64,000 nt of DNA from Centroscyllium fabricii (Eukaryota), in contig JBNRSN020000006.1 in NCBI GenBank assembly GCA_051313645.2, forward strand, positions 2,728,001 through 2,792,000, given 5' to 3'. Both the position numbers and the translations under genes were made by a program. Each line of letters opens with the position of its first letter. Within the stretch, counting starts at the first letter, position 1. Shown here piece after piece: positions 48,815 to 61,964 of this stretch. The notes below the pieces were generated by a model. It did not search any database. It was not told where the DNA came from and was given only the letters and a program-made list of their open reading frames with translations.

Positions 48815-50358
48815 GCGAAAAGTGGACTGGAAACAGAAAATCAGTGTCAGAGCAGTGGGAGGCATTCCAGGAGGAGATAGTGAGGGTTCCGAGAACGTAT
48901 GTGCCAAGGAAAAGGGTGGGATTCCCAAATCTACAGCCCCCTGGATGTCAAGGGGTGTAAAGGGTAGGATAAGGCAAAAAATGGAAACTTATGTCAGATA
49001 CCAAGAGTTAAATACTGCAGAAACTCTGGAGGAGTATCGAAAGTGCAGGGGTGAAATTAAAAAGGAAATTAGGAAAGCAAAGTGTGGACATGAAAAATAT
49101 TGGCAAGTAAAGTCAAGGTAAACCCGAAGATGTTTTATAAATACATAAAGAGCAAGAAGATAACTAAATAAAGAGTAGGGCCTATTAGAGACCAAAAAGG
49201 TAATGTGGGTGTGAAGGCATAGGACATGGGTCTGGGGGTTCTTAATGAATACTTTGCATCTGTCTTCACAAAAAGGAAGAACGATGCAAACATTATAGTT
49301 AAGGAGGAGTGTGAAATATTAGATGAGATAAACATAGTGAGAGGGGAAGTATTAAGGGGTTTAGCATCTTTGAAAGTAGATAAATCTCCAGGCCAGGATG
49401 AAATGTATCCCAGGCTATTAAGAGAATCAAGGGAGGAAATAGCGGAGGCTCTGACCATTATTTTCCAATCCTCTCTGGCTACAGGTGTTGTGCTGGAGGA
49501 CTGTTAACATTGTAACCTTGTTTAAAAAAGGAGAAAGGGACAGACCGAGAAATTACAGGCCAGTCAGCCCAACCTCGGTGCAGGGCAAATCTTTGGAAAA
49601 AATTCTGAGGGACGAGATTAATCGTCAATTAGAAAGACACGGATTAATCAAAGACAGTCAACACAGATTTCTTAAGGGAAGGTCGTGTCTGACTAACTTG
49701 ATTACATTTTTTGTGGAGGTAACAAAGAGGGTCGAGAGCATTTGATGTAGTCTACATGGATTTCAGCAAGGCTTTTGACAAGGTCCCACATGGCAGACAG
49801 ATCAAAAAAGTAAAAGCCCATGGGATCCAAGGGAAAGTGGCAAGTTGGATCCAAAATTGGCTCGGCGGCAGGAAGCAAAGGGTAATGGTCGACAGGTGTT
49901 TTTGTGACTGGAAGGATGTATCCAGTGGGGCTCCGCAGGGCTCAGTACCAGGTCCATGGCTTTTTGTGGTATATATCAATGATTTAGACTTGAATATAGG
50001 GGGCATGCCTACGAAGTTTGCAGATGAGACAAAAATTGGCTGTGTGGTTGATAGCTGTCGACTGCAGGAAGATAGCAATGGACTGGTCAGGTGGGCAGAA
50101 AATTGCCAAATGGAAGTCAATCCAGAGAAGTGTGAGGTGATGCATTTGGGGAGGGCCAACAAGGCAAGGAAATACACATTAAATGGTACAATACTGAGAA
50201 GTGTAGACGAACAAAGGGAGTTTGGAGTGCATGTCCACAGATATCTGAAGGTAGCAGGACAGGTAGATAAGGTGGTTGAAAAGGCATTCGGGATACTTTC
50301 CTTTATTAGCCAAGGCATAGAATAGAAGAGCAGGGAGGTTATGGTTGAACTACATAAA
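48815..50358 (+). mobile_element. Older CR1 LINE ORF2, part 1 (frameshifted)
   Basis: LNEYFASVFT, DKSPGQDEMYPRLL, NYRPVS, DFSKAFDKVPH, SGAPQGSV and KFADETK in successive broken ORFs. Confidence 0.93.
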
Positions 50359-52139
50359 CATAGACATAGAAACATAGAAGATAGGAGCAGGAGTCGGTCA
50401 TTCGGCCCTTCGAGCCTGCTCCGCCATTCAATCAGATCATGACTGATCTTTCAGATTCAGTACCCTGTCCCTGCCTTCTCCCGATATCGCTTGATCCCTT
50501 CAGCCTGAAGAAATATATCCAACTCCTTCTTGAATATATTTAATGAACCGGCCTCCACCGCCCTCTGTGGCAGAGAATTCCACAGGTTCACCACTCTCTA
50601 GGTGAAGAAATTCCCCCTCATCTCAGTCCTAAATGGCTTTCCCCTTATCCTTAACTGTGACCCCTGGTTCTGGACTCCCCTTTCGTCAGAAACATCCTTC
50701 CTGCATCCAGTCTGTCCAGGCCTGACAGAATTTTATAGGTTTCAATGAGATCCCCTCTCAATTGTCTGAACTCCAGTGAGTATAAGCCCAATCGACTCAA
50801 TCTCTCCCCATACGTCATTCCTGCCATCCCATATCAGCCTGGTGAATCTTCGCTGCACTCCATCAATGGCAAGAACGTCCTTCCTCAGTTGAGGCGACCA
50901 AAACTGCACACAATACTCGAGGTGTGGTCTCACCAAGGTCCTCTAGAGCTGCAGCAAGACATCCTTGTTCTTATATTCGAACCCTCTTGCTACGAAGGCC
51001 AACATACCATTTGCCTTCTTAACTGCCTGTTGCACCTGCATGCTTACCTTCAGTGACTGGTGCACAAGAACTCCCAGGTCTCTTTGCACTTCCCCATCTC
51101 CCAATCTATTGCCATTCAAATAATAATCTGCCCTCCTGTTTTTGCCACCAAAGTGGATAACCTCACATTTATCCACATTATAGTGCATTTGCCATGTATC
51201 TGCCCAATCCCCCAACCTGTCCAAATCGCATTGGAGTTTCCCGACATCATCCTCACAGCATACCCTCCCACCCAGCTTTGTGTCGTCCGCAAATTTGGAG
51301 ATATTACATCCAATTCCCTCGTCCAGATCATTAATATATATTGTGAACAGCTGGGGTCCTAGGACTGATCCTTGCGGTACCCCACTAGTCACTGCCTGCC
51401 ATTTGGAAAATGACCCGTTTATTCCAACTCTCTGTTTTCTATCTGCCAACCAGTTCTCTATCCAAATCAATACCTTGCCCCCAATCCCATGAGCCTTAAT
51501 TTTGCACGCTAATTTCTTATGAGGGACTTTGTCGAAAGCTTTCTGAAAGTCCAAATACACTACGTCCACTGGTTCTCCCCTATCTATTTTACCAGTTACA
51601 TCCTCAAAAAATTCCAATAGATTAGTCAAGCACAATTGACCTTTTGTAAATCCATGTTGACTCTGTCCAATCCCATCACTGTTTTTCAAGTGTACTGCTA
51701 TTACATCTTTAATAATGGACTCGAGCATTTTTCCCACTACCGATGTCAGGCTTACTGGTCTATAATTCTCCGCTTTTTCTCTACCCCCTTTTTTGAATAG
51801 TGGGGTAACATTAGCTACTCTCCAATCCATGGGTACTGTTCCAGAGTCTATCGAGTTCTGGAAGATGATCAGCAATGCATCTGCTATCTCCAGGGCCACT
51901 TCCTTAAGTGCCCTAGGATGTAGATTATCAGGCCCTGGGGATTTATCGCCCTTCAATCCCTTCAACTTCCCCAACACCATATCCCTACAAATACTGATTT
52001 CTATCAGTTCCTCCCTCTCATTAGTCCCTATGTTTCCCGACATCTCTGGGAGGTTATTTGTGTCCTCCTTTGTGAAGACAGAACCAAAATATGTATTTAA
52101 TTAGTCTGCCATTTCCTTGTTCCCCATTATATATTCCCT
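50359..52139 (-). mobile_element. Younger CR1 (HER1-like) LINE nested antisense in the older CR1
   Basis: 366-aa ORF 50943-52043 with RT motifs NYRPVSLTS, DFQKAFDKVPH, GVPQGSVLGP and KFADDTK; tail at ~50359; ataaa on both sides (50354-50358, 52140-52144). Confidence 0.96.
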
Positions 52140-52702
52140 ATAAAATACTCAGCTAGAGTACTGCGTGCAGTTCTGGTCACCATATTACAGGAAAGATGTG
52201 ATTGCACTAGAGAGGGTGCAGAGGAGGTTTACGAGGATGTTGCTGGGACTGGAGAATTTTAGCGATGAGGAAAGATTGGAGAGGCTGGGGTTGTTTTCTT
52301 TGGAACAGAGGAGGCTGAGGGGAGATTTAATTGAAGTGTATAAAATTATGAGGGGCCGAGAGAGAGTGAATAGGAAGGACCTATTTCCCTTAGCAGAGAG
52401 ATTAATAACCAGGGGGCACAGATTTAAAGTAATTGGTAGCAGGATTAGAGGGGAGTTGAGGAGAACTATTTTCACCCAGAGGGTGGTGGGGGTCTGGGAC
52501 TCACTGCCTGAAATGGTGGTAGAGGCAGAAACCCTCATCACATTAAAAAAGTACTTGGATATGCATTTGACATGCCGTAACCTAAAGGGCTACGGACTAA
52601 GAGCTGGAAAGTGGGATTAGGCTGGAGAGATCTTTTCTGGCCGGCACAGACACGATGGGCTGAATGGCCGCCTTCTGTGCTGTAAATTTCTGTGATTCTA
52701 TC
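52140..52702 (+). mobile_element. Older CR1 LINE ORF2, part 2 and 3' UTR
   Basis: Continues the interrupted element: [30 protein letters not shown]. Confidence 0.93.
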
Positions 52703-53754
52703 TACAGAAAGTGGAATAGAGAGGGTGGAAAGATTGGATTGAGAGAAATAAAAGAGACAGAAATAAAAAAAATTAATGTCCAACAATAATTAAAATCTGA
52801 AGGAATGAGACGCCACACTTGTAAAAGTAAATTTTCAATGCCAGCAAGATTGTTTGGCAGTAACCAAGACTTCACACACCATTCACCTACACTTGAATTG
52901 ACAACACTTGAATTGACAAGCCGGAACTTTTTCTGGCATGTTTAGTGGCAAGTAGGGAACTTCACTCCCTTCCATGGATGTGGATGCCGAGTCTATTGGA
53001 GAAATACTGTTGGAGCGAAGTCTGTGTAGGAGCAGGGCAACTCGGACAGCAACTCGCTGATTTCCGCGTTTAACTACGCATGTGCGGACGCTGGAAGCTG
53101 CGGTCCGATTTACTCTTTAATAATGGTGAGTGCTGATAGCCTCACCGTTATTTTTACTGAAAATCTGGGTCAATGTTTAAAAATAAACTGAGATGCTGAA
53201 ACGAAGAAGTGAACCTTAACACTTTGTAAAAATTTGGTTTCAAGTGGGTGCTGACAATGACAGTTGCTTTTCAAACAACATTACCCTGATCCAGAAAAGC
53301 AATTCATCTCACAAATTCTACCATAAGTTTTACTGAACAAAGGTTATCCAGAATACTGGTGGATCATACTCACATGTGCAGCGGGGCAAGAGGTGATGGG
53401 TCGTAATGGTAGCGCCCCTCATGATGTCTGGCATCGATCGGAACAGGCGGGTGGAAGGATGGAAAAAGGGGGTGTGGAGCTTTAAAATGAGAGAAAACAA
53501 GAAGCAAGAAGGTTAGAGGCAAATCTCAAAGTACACTTCATCAGCACACTGAATCTCAGGGCTGTATTAACTGATAGACCACTATTAACAACACCACTAT
53601 TAACAACACCACTATTAACAAGCCAACATTTCATTTGGCACATGTATTTTTGAAGAAGGTCAACACTGGCTTGTATTAAATCCATTGTTTAATACCACTT
53701 CCTATCTTCTATGTTTCTACGCCTGAGGCAACTTTATTTCAGTTCAATTCCGTG

Positions 53755-54198
53755 GTGTCAGCTGTGGCTCAGTGGGCAGCACTCTCGCCTCTGGGTCAGA
53801 CGGTTGTTGGGTCAAGTCTCACTCCAGAGACTTGAGCACAATATCTAGGCTGACACTCCAATGCAGTACCGAGGGAGTGCTGCACTGTTGAAGGTGCCGT
53901 TTTTTTGGATGAGGCATTAAACGGAGGACCTGTCTGCCCTCTCAGGTATTATTTCAAAGTAGAGCAGGGACTTTCCCTGGTGCACTCTCCAATGTCTATC
54001 CCTCAATCAGCATCACTAAAACAGAGTATCTGCTCATTATCTCATTGCTGTTTGTGGGAGCTTGATGTGCGCCAATTAGCTACTGCATTTGCTACATTAC
54101 AACAGTGACTACACTTCCAAAGTACTTCAATGGCTGTAAAGTGCTTTGGGGCGTCCGGAGACCATGAACGGCGCTATCTAAATGAAAGTTCCTTCTTT
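53755..54198 (+). mobile_element. SacSINE1/Deu-type SINE
   Basis: tgtcagctgtggctcagtgggcagcactc head through gcgctat..aaatg tail. Confidence 0.88.
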
Positions 54199-54954
54199 GA
54201 CAGATGGATCAGAGACTGAGAAATGGCCACTGTTCCTCAGTGTCTGTCCTGTGGTCAGGTACATGTTGGAAGGCAATTCCTGCATCAGACTCAGCCAGTT
54301 TTATGGTATCAGGCTATGAAGGTTGGGACAGGTTGCCTACATTTGCATCTTTCTAACACAGAGAGCTGGTGAAAAGTGGTCGCTTTCTGCTTTTCATATT
54401 TACTCAAAAAGGCAAATTTATAAAAATATCCAAAGAGTTGCTCTTCACTTTTAGAAGTTTTGGTGCAATCCCTAGACGTCATTAGCGAGTGCTCTCGAAA
54501 TTCCTGAAAGACACACAATTCAACTGAACTGTATGATTGACAAAATATTGACTTACCAGTAAATGATCAAACCTTCTGATTTACAAGGTTTAATTTAAGC
54601 TTCTGTCATCTTTTGACAAGATCAACAACATTTTTGACTAATTTGTAACACGTTGGCAGGCTGAAGGGTTTTCTTACCTGTCTCCTGTGGATTAGAGCAA
54701 TGCGCTCAGTTATAATGTATCAAAAGAACTGCTTATGATCCAGTTCCACAAAACAACTTTGCACAGAACCAATCATACAGGGAGAGAGAACGTGGACAGT
54801 TACTTAGAAAATAAAGAACAGCTGCTGGAGTTACACCAGTCAATGAAATGCAACACGTACAGCCGGCAACAACCAGAACAGATCGATAACCAGCAAACCC
54901 AAACATGGAGCCAACGAATGAAGAAACAACAAGGTGCTCGTTCCAGATGGGTCT

Positions 54955-56307
54955 GCAACTGGCAGGAGGCAGGGCACATCTGGCAGGAGGCAGGGCACAT
55001 CTGGCAGGAGGCAGGGCACATCTGGCAGGAGGCAGGGCACATCTGGCAAGTGGCAGGGCACAACTGGCAGGAGGCAGGGCACAACTGGCAGGAGGCAGGG
55101 CACATCTGGCAGGAGGCAGGAGGCAGGGCACATCTGGCAGGAGGCAGGGCACATCTGGCAGGAGGCAGGGCACATCTGGCAGGAGGCAGGGCACATCTGG
55201 CAGGAGGCAGGGCACATCTGGCAGGAGGCAGGGCACATCTGGCAGGAGGCAGGGCACATCTGGCAGGAGGCAGGGCACAACTGGCAGGAGGCAGGGCACA
55301 TCTGGCAAGTGGCACGGCACAACTGGCAGGAGGCAGGGCACAACCGGCAAGAGGCAGGGCACATCCGGCATGATGCAGGGCACATCCGGCATGATGCAGG
55401 GCACATCCGGCATGATGCAGGGCACATCCGGCAGGAGGCTGTGCACATCCGGCAGGAGGCTGTGCACATCCGGCATGATGCAGGGCACAATTGGCAAGAG
55501 GCAGGGCACATCCGGCAGGATGCAGGGCACATCCGGCAGGATGCAGGGCACATCCGGCAGGAGGCTGTGCACATCCGGCAGGAGGCTGTGCACATCCGGC
55601 AGGAGGCTGTGCACATCCGGCAGGAGGCAGGGCACATCCGGCAGGAGGCAGGGCACATCCGGCAGGAGGCAGGGCACATCCGGCAGGAGGCAGGGCACAT
55701 CCGGCAGGAGGCAGGGCACATCCGGCAGGAGGCAGGGCACATCCGGCAGGAGGCAGGGCACATCCGGCATGATGCAGGGCACATCCGGCAGGAGGCTGTG
55801 CACATCCGGCAGGAGGCTGTGCACATCCGGCATGATGCAGGGCACAATTGGCAAGAGGCAGGGCACATCCGGCAGGATGCAGGGCACATCCGGCAGGAGG
55901 CTGTGCACATCTGGCAGGAGGCAGGGCACATCCGGCAGGAGGCAGGGCACATCCGGCAGGAGGCAGGGCACATCCGGCAGGAGGCAGGGCACATCCGGCA
56001 GGACACATCCGGCAGGAGGCAGGGCACATCCGGCAGGAGGCAGGGCACAACCGGCAGGAGGCAGGGCACAACTGGCAGGAGGCAGGGCACAACTGGCAGG
56101 AGGCAGGGCACAACTGGCAGGAGGCAGGGCACAACTGGCAGGAGGCAGGGCACAACTGGCAGGAGGCAGGGCACAACTGGCAGGAGGCAGGCCACAACTG
56201 GCAGGAGGCAGGCCACAACTGGCAGGAGGCAGGCCACAACTGGCAGGAGGCAGGCCACAACTGGCAGGAGGCAGGCCACAACTGGCAGGAGGTAGGCCAC
56301 AACTGGT
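54955..56307. repeat. 21-bp G-rich minisatellite (CTGGCAGGAGGCAGGGCACAT), ~64 units
   Basis: Direct reading; this array generates the 400-500 aa repeat ORFs. Confidence 0.98.
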
Positions 56308-57599
56308 AACAGGCTAACGGCCCCATGTTCACGTCATACAACCACACGGTTCTCTCACCCTCTTACGTCCCTCGCCCCGGTTGCAGTTTTTGTAGCAGCA
56401 ACTTATTTCACCTCAAGGTTTCCTGCAGTGATCGGATGGTCTTTGCAAGATCCACCGGTTTAAGGGACCTGGGACCAAGTGGTCTCCAAATTTGTCGGCT
56501 GCAGTCACAAATTCAGCCTCAGAAGATGAGAAGCGGAAGCTCTCGGTTCGCTGTATACTCAAAGGTTTACAATACGGCCAACAAGAAATTCTCAAAACAC
56601 ACACAACCTTTAACATCGCCAGTCGGGATGTTAAAAATGTGTTGAATGAATGCTTTGCAAAAAAATATATAAAACTACCCAAAGGCAAGCTGAACACATA
56701 CACAAGCACTTTAACTGTCACAAATGGAACAAAACCAATGAATTTCATTACCATCAGAACTCAACTATGAATAAATGAACTCAGCTCCCCGACCAATCGT
56801 TCATTTCTGCTCCGTTTTCCACACAGCAGCTTTGAGCCACAAAACAGAGACAGTCCATCATTGCTACCTAGTCTGCTTGGGACAAACCCGTGTGACTGGA
56901 AGTGGCCTGCATGACTAGATCCAGCATAATTATCCATCTCGTGACTTATTATTCACATATGAACAATACATCTGGAGAACATCATAACTCAAGAGTCTGT
57001 GTAATAAGTTACTGCACTGTTACCATCTTCTGTTGCAGCCCTTGACAAAATGCCACATGATGACTTTTACAAAGTCAGGCTAAAACTGCTGAAGCAGAAC
57101 AAAATGCCACTAAACCTCCGTACCTGCTATTTATCATACAATTTCCTGACTGATGGTTCCACAAACCAGCTGCTAAGTGCTGTGTACTCTACTGTCAGGA
57201 AACTAACATGCTAAATGGAAGACAGCGAGAGTAATAGGGAGAAGCAGTAGAATCAATTTTACTCTGGGAATTAGTTCTCTCAGGATTTTAATACTAACCG
57301 GACTCCAAAGCACATCAAACCAGATGGATCTTTTGCCATTGAATGTGGTATATATATGTATCGAAAGGGCATTTTGTCATATCTCTGCAATTATAAAATT
57401 GCCCAGTTGAATGAAATAAGATTAACTTTAAGCCATGGGTATCCAAGCTAAATTTTTCCTTCGTGGGTCTCTCATCTATATATGATGGAGCCTCGAGGGC
57501 CACATCCACATTGCCTACATTACAACAGTGACTACACTTCAAAAGTACTTCATTGGTTGTAAAGCGCTTTGAGACATCCGGAGGTTGTGAAAGGCGCTG

Positions 57600-58470
57600 T
57601 ACAATGCAGTGTGTGTCATCTACAAGAAGCACTGCAGCAACTCGCCAAGGCTTCTTCGGCAGCACCTCCCAAACCCACCACCTCTTCCACCTAGAAGGAC
57701 AAGGGCAGCAGGCGCACGGGAACACCGCCACCTCCAAGCTCCTCTCCAAGTCACACACCATCCTGACTTGGAAATATATCGCCGATCCTTCATAGTCGCT
57801 GGGTCAAAATCCTGGAACTCCCTCCCTAACAGCACTGTGGGAGCACCTTCACCATACGGGGAGGCGGTGGCGTAGTGGTTCTGTCACTAGACTAGTAAGC
57901 CAGAGGCTCAGTCAAATGCTCTGCGGAGATGGGTTCAAATCCCACCACGGCAGCTGGTGGAATTTAAATTCAATTCAATTTAATTCTGGAATTAAATGTT
58001 AGTCTTAGTAATGGCGACCATGATACCATTGTCAATTGTTGCAAAAACCCATCTGGTTCACTAATGTCCTTTAGGGAAGGAAATCTGCCGTCCTTACCTG
58101 GTCTGGCCTACATGTGACTCCAGACCCACAGCAATGTGGTGGACTCTTAATGCCCTCTGAAATGGCCTAGCAAGACACTCAGTTGTAAAAACAACCGCTA
58201 CGCAACATTGTGGGTCTACCTACACCATATGGACTGCAGCGGTTCAAGAAGGCAGCTCACCACCATCTTCTCGAGGGCAATTAGGGATGGGCACTAAATG
58301 CAGGCCTAGCCAACCAGCGACGCCCACATCCCATCAACGAATAAAAAAAAATATGGACTGCAGCGGCTCAAGAAGGCGGCTCACCACCACCTTCTCGAGG
58401 GCAATTAGGGATGGGCAATAAATGCTGATCTTGCCAGCGATGCCCACATCCCATAAAAATGAATAAAAAA
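57600..58470 (+). mobile_element. CR1-clade LINE 3' end containing a tRNA-derived SINE (57860-58350) with the same 3' tail
   Basis: GSKSWNSLPNS C-terminal motif. The tail ggactgcagcgg(t/c)tcaagaaggc...gcccacatcccat occurs twice; atacgg/atatgg flank the inner SINE. Confidence 0.8.
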
Positions 58471-58503
58471 GCAAGTCTTTCTTTCTTTAGATCTCAAGTT
58501 AAG

Positions 58504-58952
58504 TGTTAGCCTTGGCTCAGTGGTAGCATTCTTGCCTCTGAATCAGAAGGGCCCATTCCAGAGACCTGAGCACATAATCCTGGCTAACACTCCAGTGCAG
58601 TGCTGAGAGAGTGCTGCACTGTTGGAGGTGCCGTCTTTCAGATAAGACCATAAACTGAGGCCCCATCTGCCCTCTTAGGTGGATGTAAATGATCCCACGG
58701 GACTATTCGAAGAAGCGCAGGAGAGTTCTCCTGATGTCCTGAGCAACATTTATCTCTCAATCAACATCACTAAAACCGAGCCTCTGGTTATTATCTCATT
58801 GCTGTTTGTGGGAGCTTGCTGTGTACAAATTGGCTGTCTCTTTTCTTACATTACAACAGTGACTACACTTCACAAATACTTTATTGGCTGTAAAGCACTT
58901 TGGGACATCCTGAGGTCATGAAAGGTGCTGGATAAATGCAAGTTCTTTCTTT
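58504..58952 (+). mobile_element. SacSINE1/Deu-type SINE
   Basis: Head, core and tail match the family. Confidence 0.88.
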
Positions 58953-59937
58953 TTTGATGATAACAGGTCTTGGTGTTCTGATTCATTACTTATCCACCAA
59001 TGAGGCAACAGCGCTGAAAAAAACAGCAATTTACAAACCTCAAGACCCACAAAATTCAAACCAGAGGGGGAGAAGTATAAGTGTAAATCAGATCGAGATG
59101 CCTGGGTTTTGAGGACGGATTGCCAAGGCACAGGGGACCATGTGGCCCCCAGGGTACAGTTTCAATATCACTGCTCCTGATTGTCAAGCAGTCACTGGCC
59201 GAACTGATGGAAAATTGGCCCAAAATAAACATCCTCCTCGCAGTCCTCAGCAGAAGCAATTCTAAAATACCACTCACTGCCAGACTGTGAAATGGACTGG
59301 GATTTGATATTTTTTATTTAAAAAACACACACATTTAAAGATAAAAGGATGTTTAAGCAGTCCAGCCACTCTGCCAACTTAAAGGAGCTGAAATATCACA
59401 GCGGCTGGAAACCTGAAACAGGAACAGAAAATGACAGAAAAACACAGGTCAGGCAGCATTTGCGGAAAGAACACGCAAATTAATGTTTTGGGTGCGGAAC
59501 CTTCTTCAAAATGCAGAGATTTATTTTTGAAGAAGGTGGTCCCACAGGCAAAACATTTAACTGGTCTGTCCTCTCCGCAGTTTCTGCCTGACCTGCGGTT
59601 TCTGGAGTTCCAGCCGCACCATCTCCAGCTCAGTCACCTTCTGTTTAAAGCAGGCACTGCCAGGCACAGGAAGGTGGCCCAGGATGACTATGCAAACTGT
59701 CAGTGCCAGACAATTTCAGGATGCAGTTTAAACAAAAAAAGTGTGTTTCAAAAATCAATTAAGATAAATTTCGCAAGAATTATTAACAGAGGTCGAGGCA
59801 AGTACACACTTTGTTGGAATTGTACAGCATTTTAAAAGAATATGTTTGATGAACTAGACTTGTGTGTGGGGTCAATAGAAAAGTGTGCGGAATTTTATCA
59901 GAAATTTGGAGGGCAGTGCACCAAACTCATGAATAAT

Positions 59938-60697
59938 GGGCCAGAAATCGCGATGAGCGCGGGAGGTTTTTGAGCCGGGTGTTAGCGCGCCCGAGCTCCG
60001 AATCGCAGGGAGTTCCATTTCCAGCTGCTACCTGCAATTCCAATGGCGTCCAGCGGGGGATCGTGAGTTGCTGCGAGCTGGATCGCGTTCGCCTGCGCAC
60101 CACGAGGTGCGCAGTGCACTTCCGATTTATTTCGGAGTTTTTTTATCGGGGCAAGTATTGAAGATTTTCCACTTAAAAATATCAGACGTAAGCACCCGTT
60201 TTTAGCAGGTAAGTCTTTATTTTATAGAATTTAAGTGTTGTTTTTACAGGTTTTTAATTTGTTTAAACTTTAAGGACAGGTAAGTATTCTTTTAGGCCAG
60301 TTAAAGACTTAACATTTTTTTTCAAAATTTTTATTTTTTCTTTAAAATAGGTCATTTATGTTAGAGTATTGTTAAAAAAATGTGGTGTTTTTTAAATTTT
60401 ATTGTGTGTTCAGGTGTGTTTTTGAAGCTCTTCCTTTTCAAAACTTACACAGATTTCTCCGTATAAGTTATGAATGGAGGATTGCTTCCATTGATTGACT
60501 CCCTGCCGATCACGTGGTCTCGTGCGATATCTCGCGCTAATTACGCCATTGAGTTGCACCAGCAGGTCGCTTGGAGCTTTCAGCAGCTGTACAACTCGGG
60601 AGTTCACATCGTAGAATTGCAAAACGGCAGAAGTGCAGGGTAAGTGTAACTTGGAGCCTTGCACTCGCACGATGGCTCCAAGGCTAATTTTTAGGCC
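59938..60697. mobile_element. Probable non-autonomous DNA transposon (Harbinger-like MITE)
   Basis: Imperfect short TIRs gggccagaaat / atttttaggcc; AAT on both flanks; CpG-rich ends around an AT-rich core. Confidence 0.55.
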
Positions 60698-60702
60698 AAT
60701 AA

Positions 60703-61173
60703 GTGTCGGCCGTGGTTCAGTGGGCAGCACACTCACCTCTGAGTCAGAAGGTTGTGGGTTGAAGTCCCGCTTCAGGGACGACAGCACATATAGCTAGGCT
60801 GACACTCCAGTGCAGTGCTGAGGGAGTACTGCACTGTCGGAGGTGCTGTCTTTCAGATGAAACATTAAACCGAGGCCCGGTCTGCTCTCTCAGGTGGATG
60901 TAAAAGATCCCATGGCCACTATTTTGAAGAAGAGCAGGGGAGTTCTCCCCGGTGCCCTGGCCAATATTTATCACTCAACCAACATAACAAAAAAAACCAG
61001 ATTATCTGGTCATTATCACATTGCTGTTTGTGGGAGCTTGCTGTGCGCAAATTGGCTGCCACGTTTCCCACATTAAAACAGTGACTACACTTCAAAAGTA
61101 CTTCATTGGCTGTAAGGCGCTTTGAGACATCCGGTGGTTGTGAAAGGCGCTATGTAAATGCAAGTCTTTCTTT
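60703..61173 (+). mobile_element. SacSINE1/Deu-type SINE, full length
   Basis: A box (tggttcagtggg), B-box-like gggttgaagtccc, central domain, and tail gaaaggcgctatgtaaatgcaagtctttc. Confidence 0.9.
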
Positions 61174-61339
61174 AACCACAGACAAACATTATTTATTCAG
61201 GAAAGCAGGATGCTGGCTCTGATTGATGGCTTTTAAAAATTGGTACAGCTAACAAAGTGGATTGCTCTCTACTGACTCACCCTTGGCCCAGCAGCATTAT
61301 TATGTCAAGCTTTCTAACTGGTGAATCAACTTGGTCGTT

Positions 61340-61742
61340 CGCTCCCCTCTGAGTCAGGATTTGAGCACATAAATGAAGCGGACTCTTCGTGCAGCAGTCA
61401 GTGAATGATGCTTTGTCAAAGGTGCGGTCTTTTGAATGAGGGTTAAATCGAGGCCCCATCTGCATGTTCAGGTGGATGTTAAAGACCCAATGGTACTACT
61501 GAAGAGGAATAGGGAGTTCTGCATGTATCCTGGCAAACAGTCTTCCTTCAACCAAAACCACAAAAACAACAGATTAACTAATCATTCATCTCAATTGCGG
61601 CTTGTGGGATCTCGCTGTGTAGAATTGGCTTCTGCAGTTACCCACATAACAGAAGCACCTGGAAAATAATTCATTGGTTGTGACGAGCTTTTGGGCTTCC
61701 TAAGGAAATGATAAGGTGCTCGATGGTTGCAAGTTCTTTCTT
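61340..61742 (+). mobile_element. Older diverged Deu-type SINE
   Basis: Collinear but degenerate match to the adjacent copy. Confidence 0.65.
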
Positions 61743-61964
61743 TATTGGGCCAAATGATCCTAAAAAAATCCTTTAATCTTCATCAACAATTCTAGCCATA
61801 GGGCCATAAGCATTTCCACTATAAAAGTCACAATACCAGAGACATTTAATGCACCTCTCCTCTCCCACCTCCACCTCCCCATCCCCGGCTCAATTTCTTG
61901 CATTGTGGAAATCTTGTCAGTGTGTTTATTTTAGCAAATCATCTGCAATTCCAGAAAATAAGCA

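Noticed and set aside
54733-56347. 400-500 aa ORFs in several frames
   Set aside because: A stop-free 21-bp repeat opens frames on both strands; there is no non-repeat domain.
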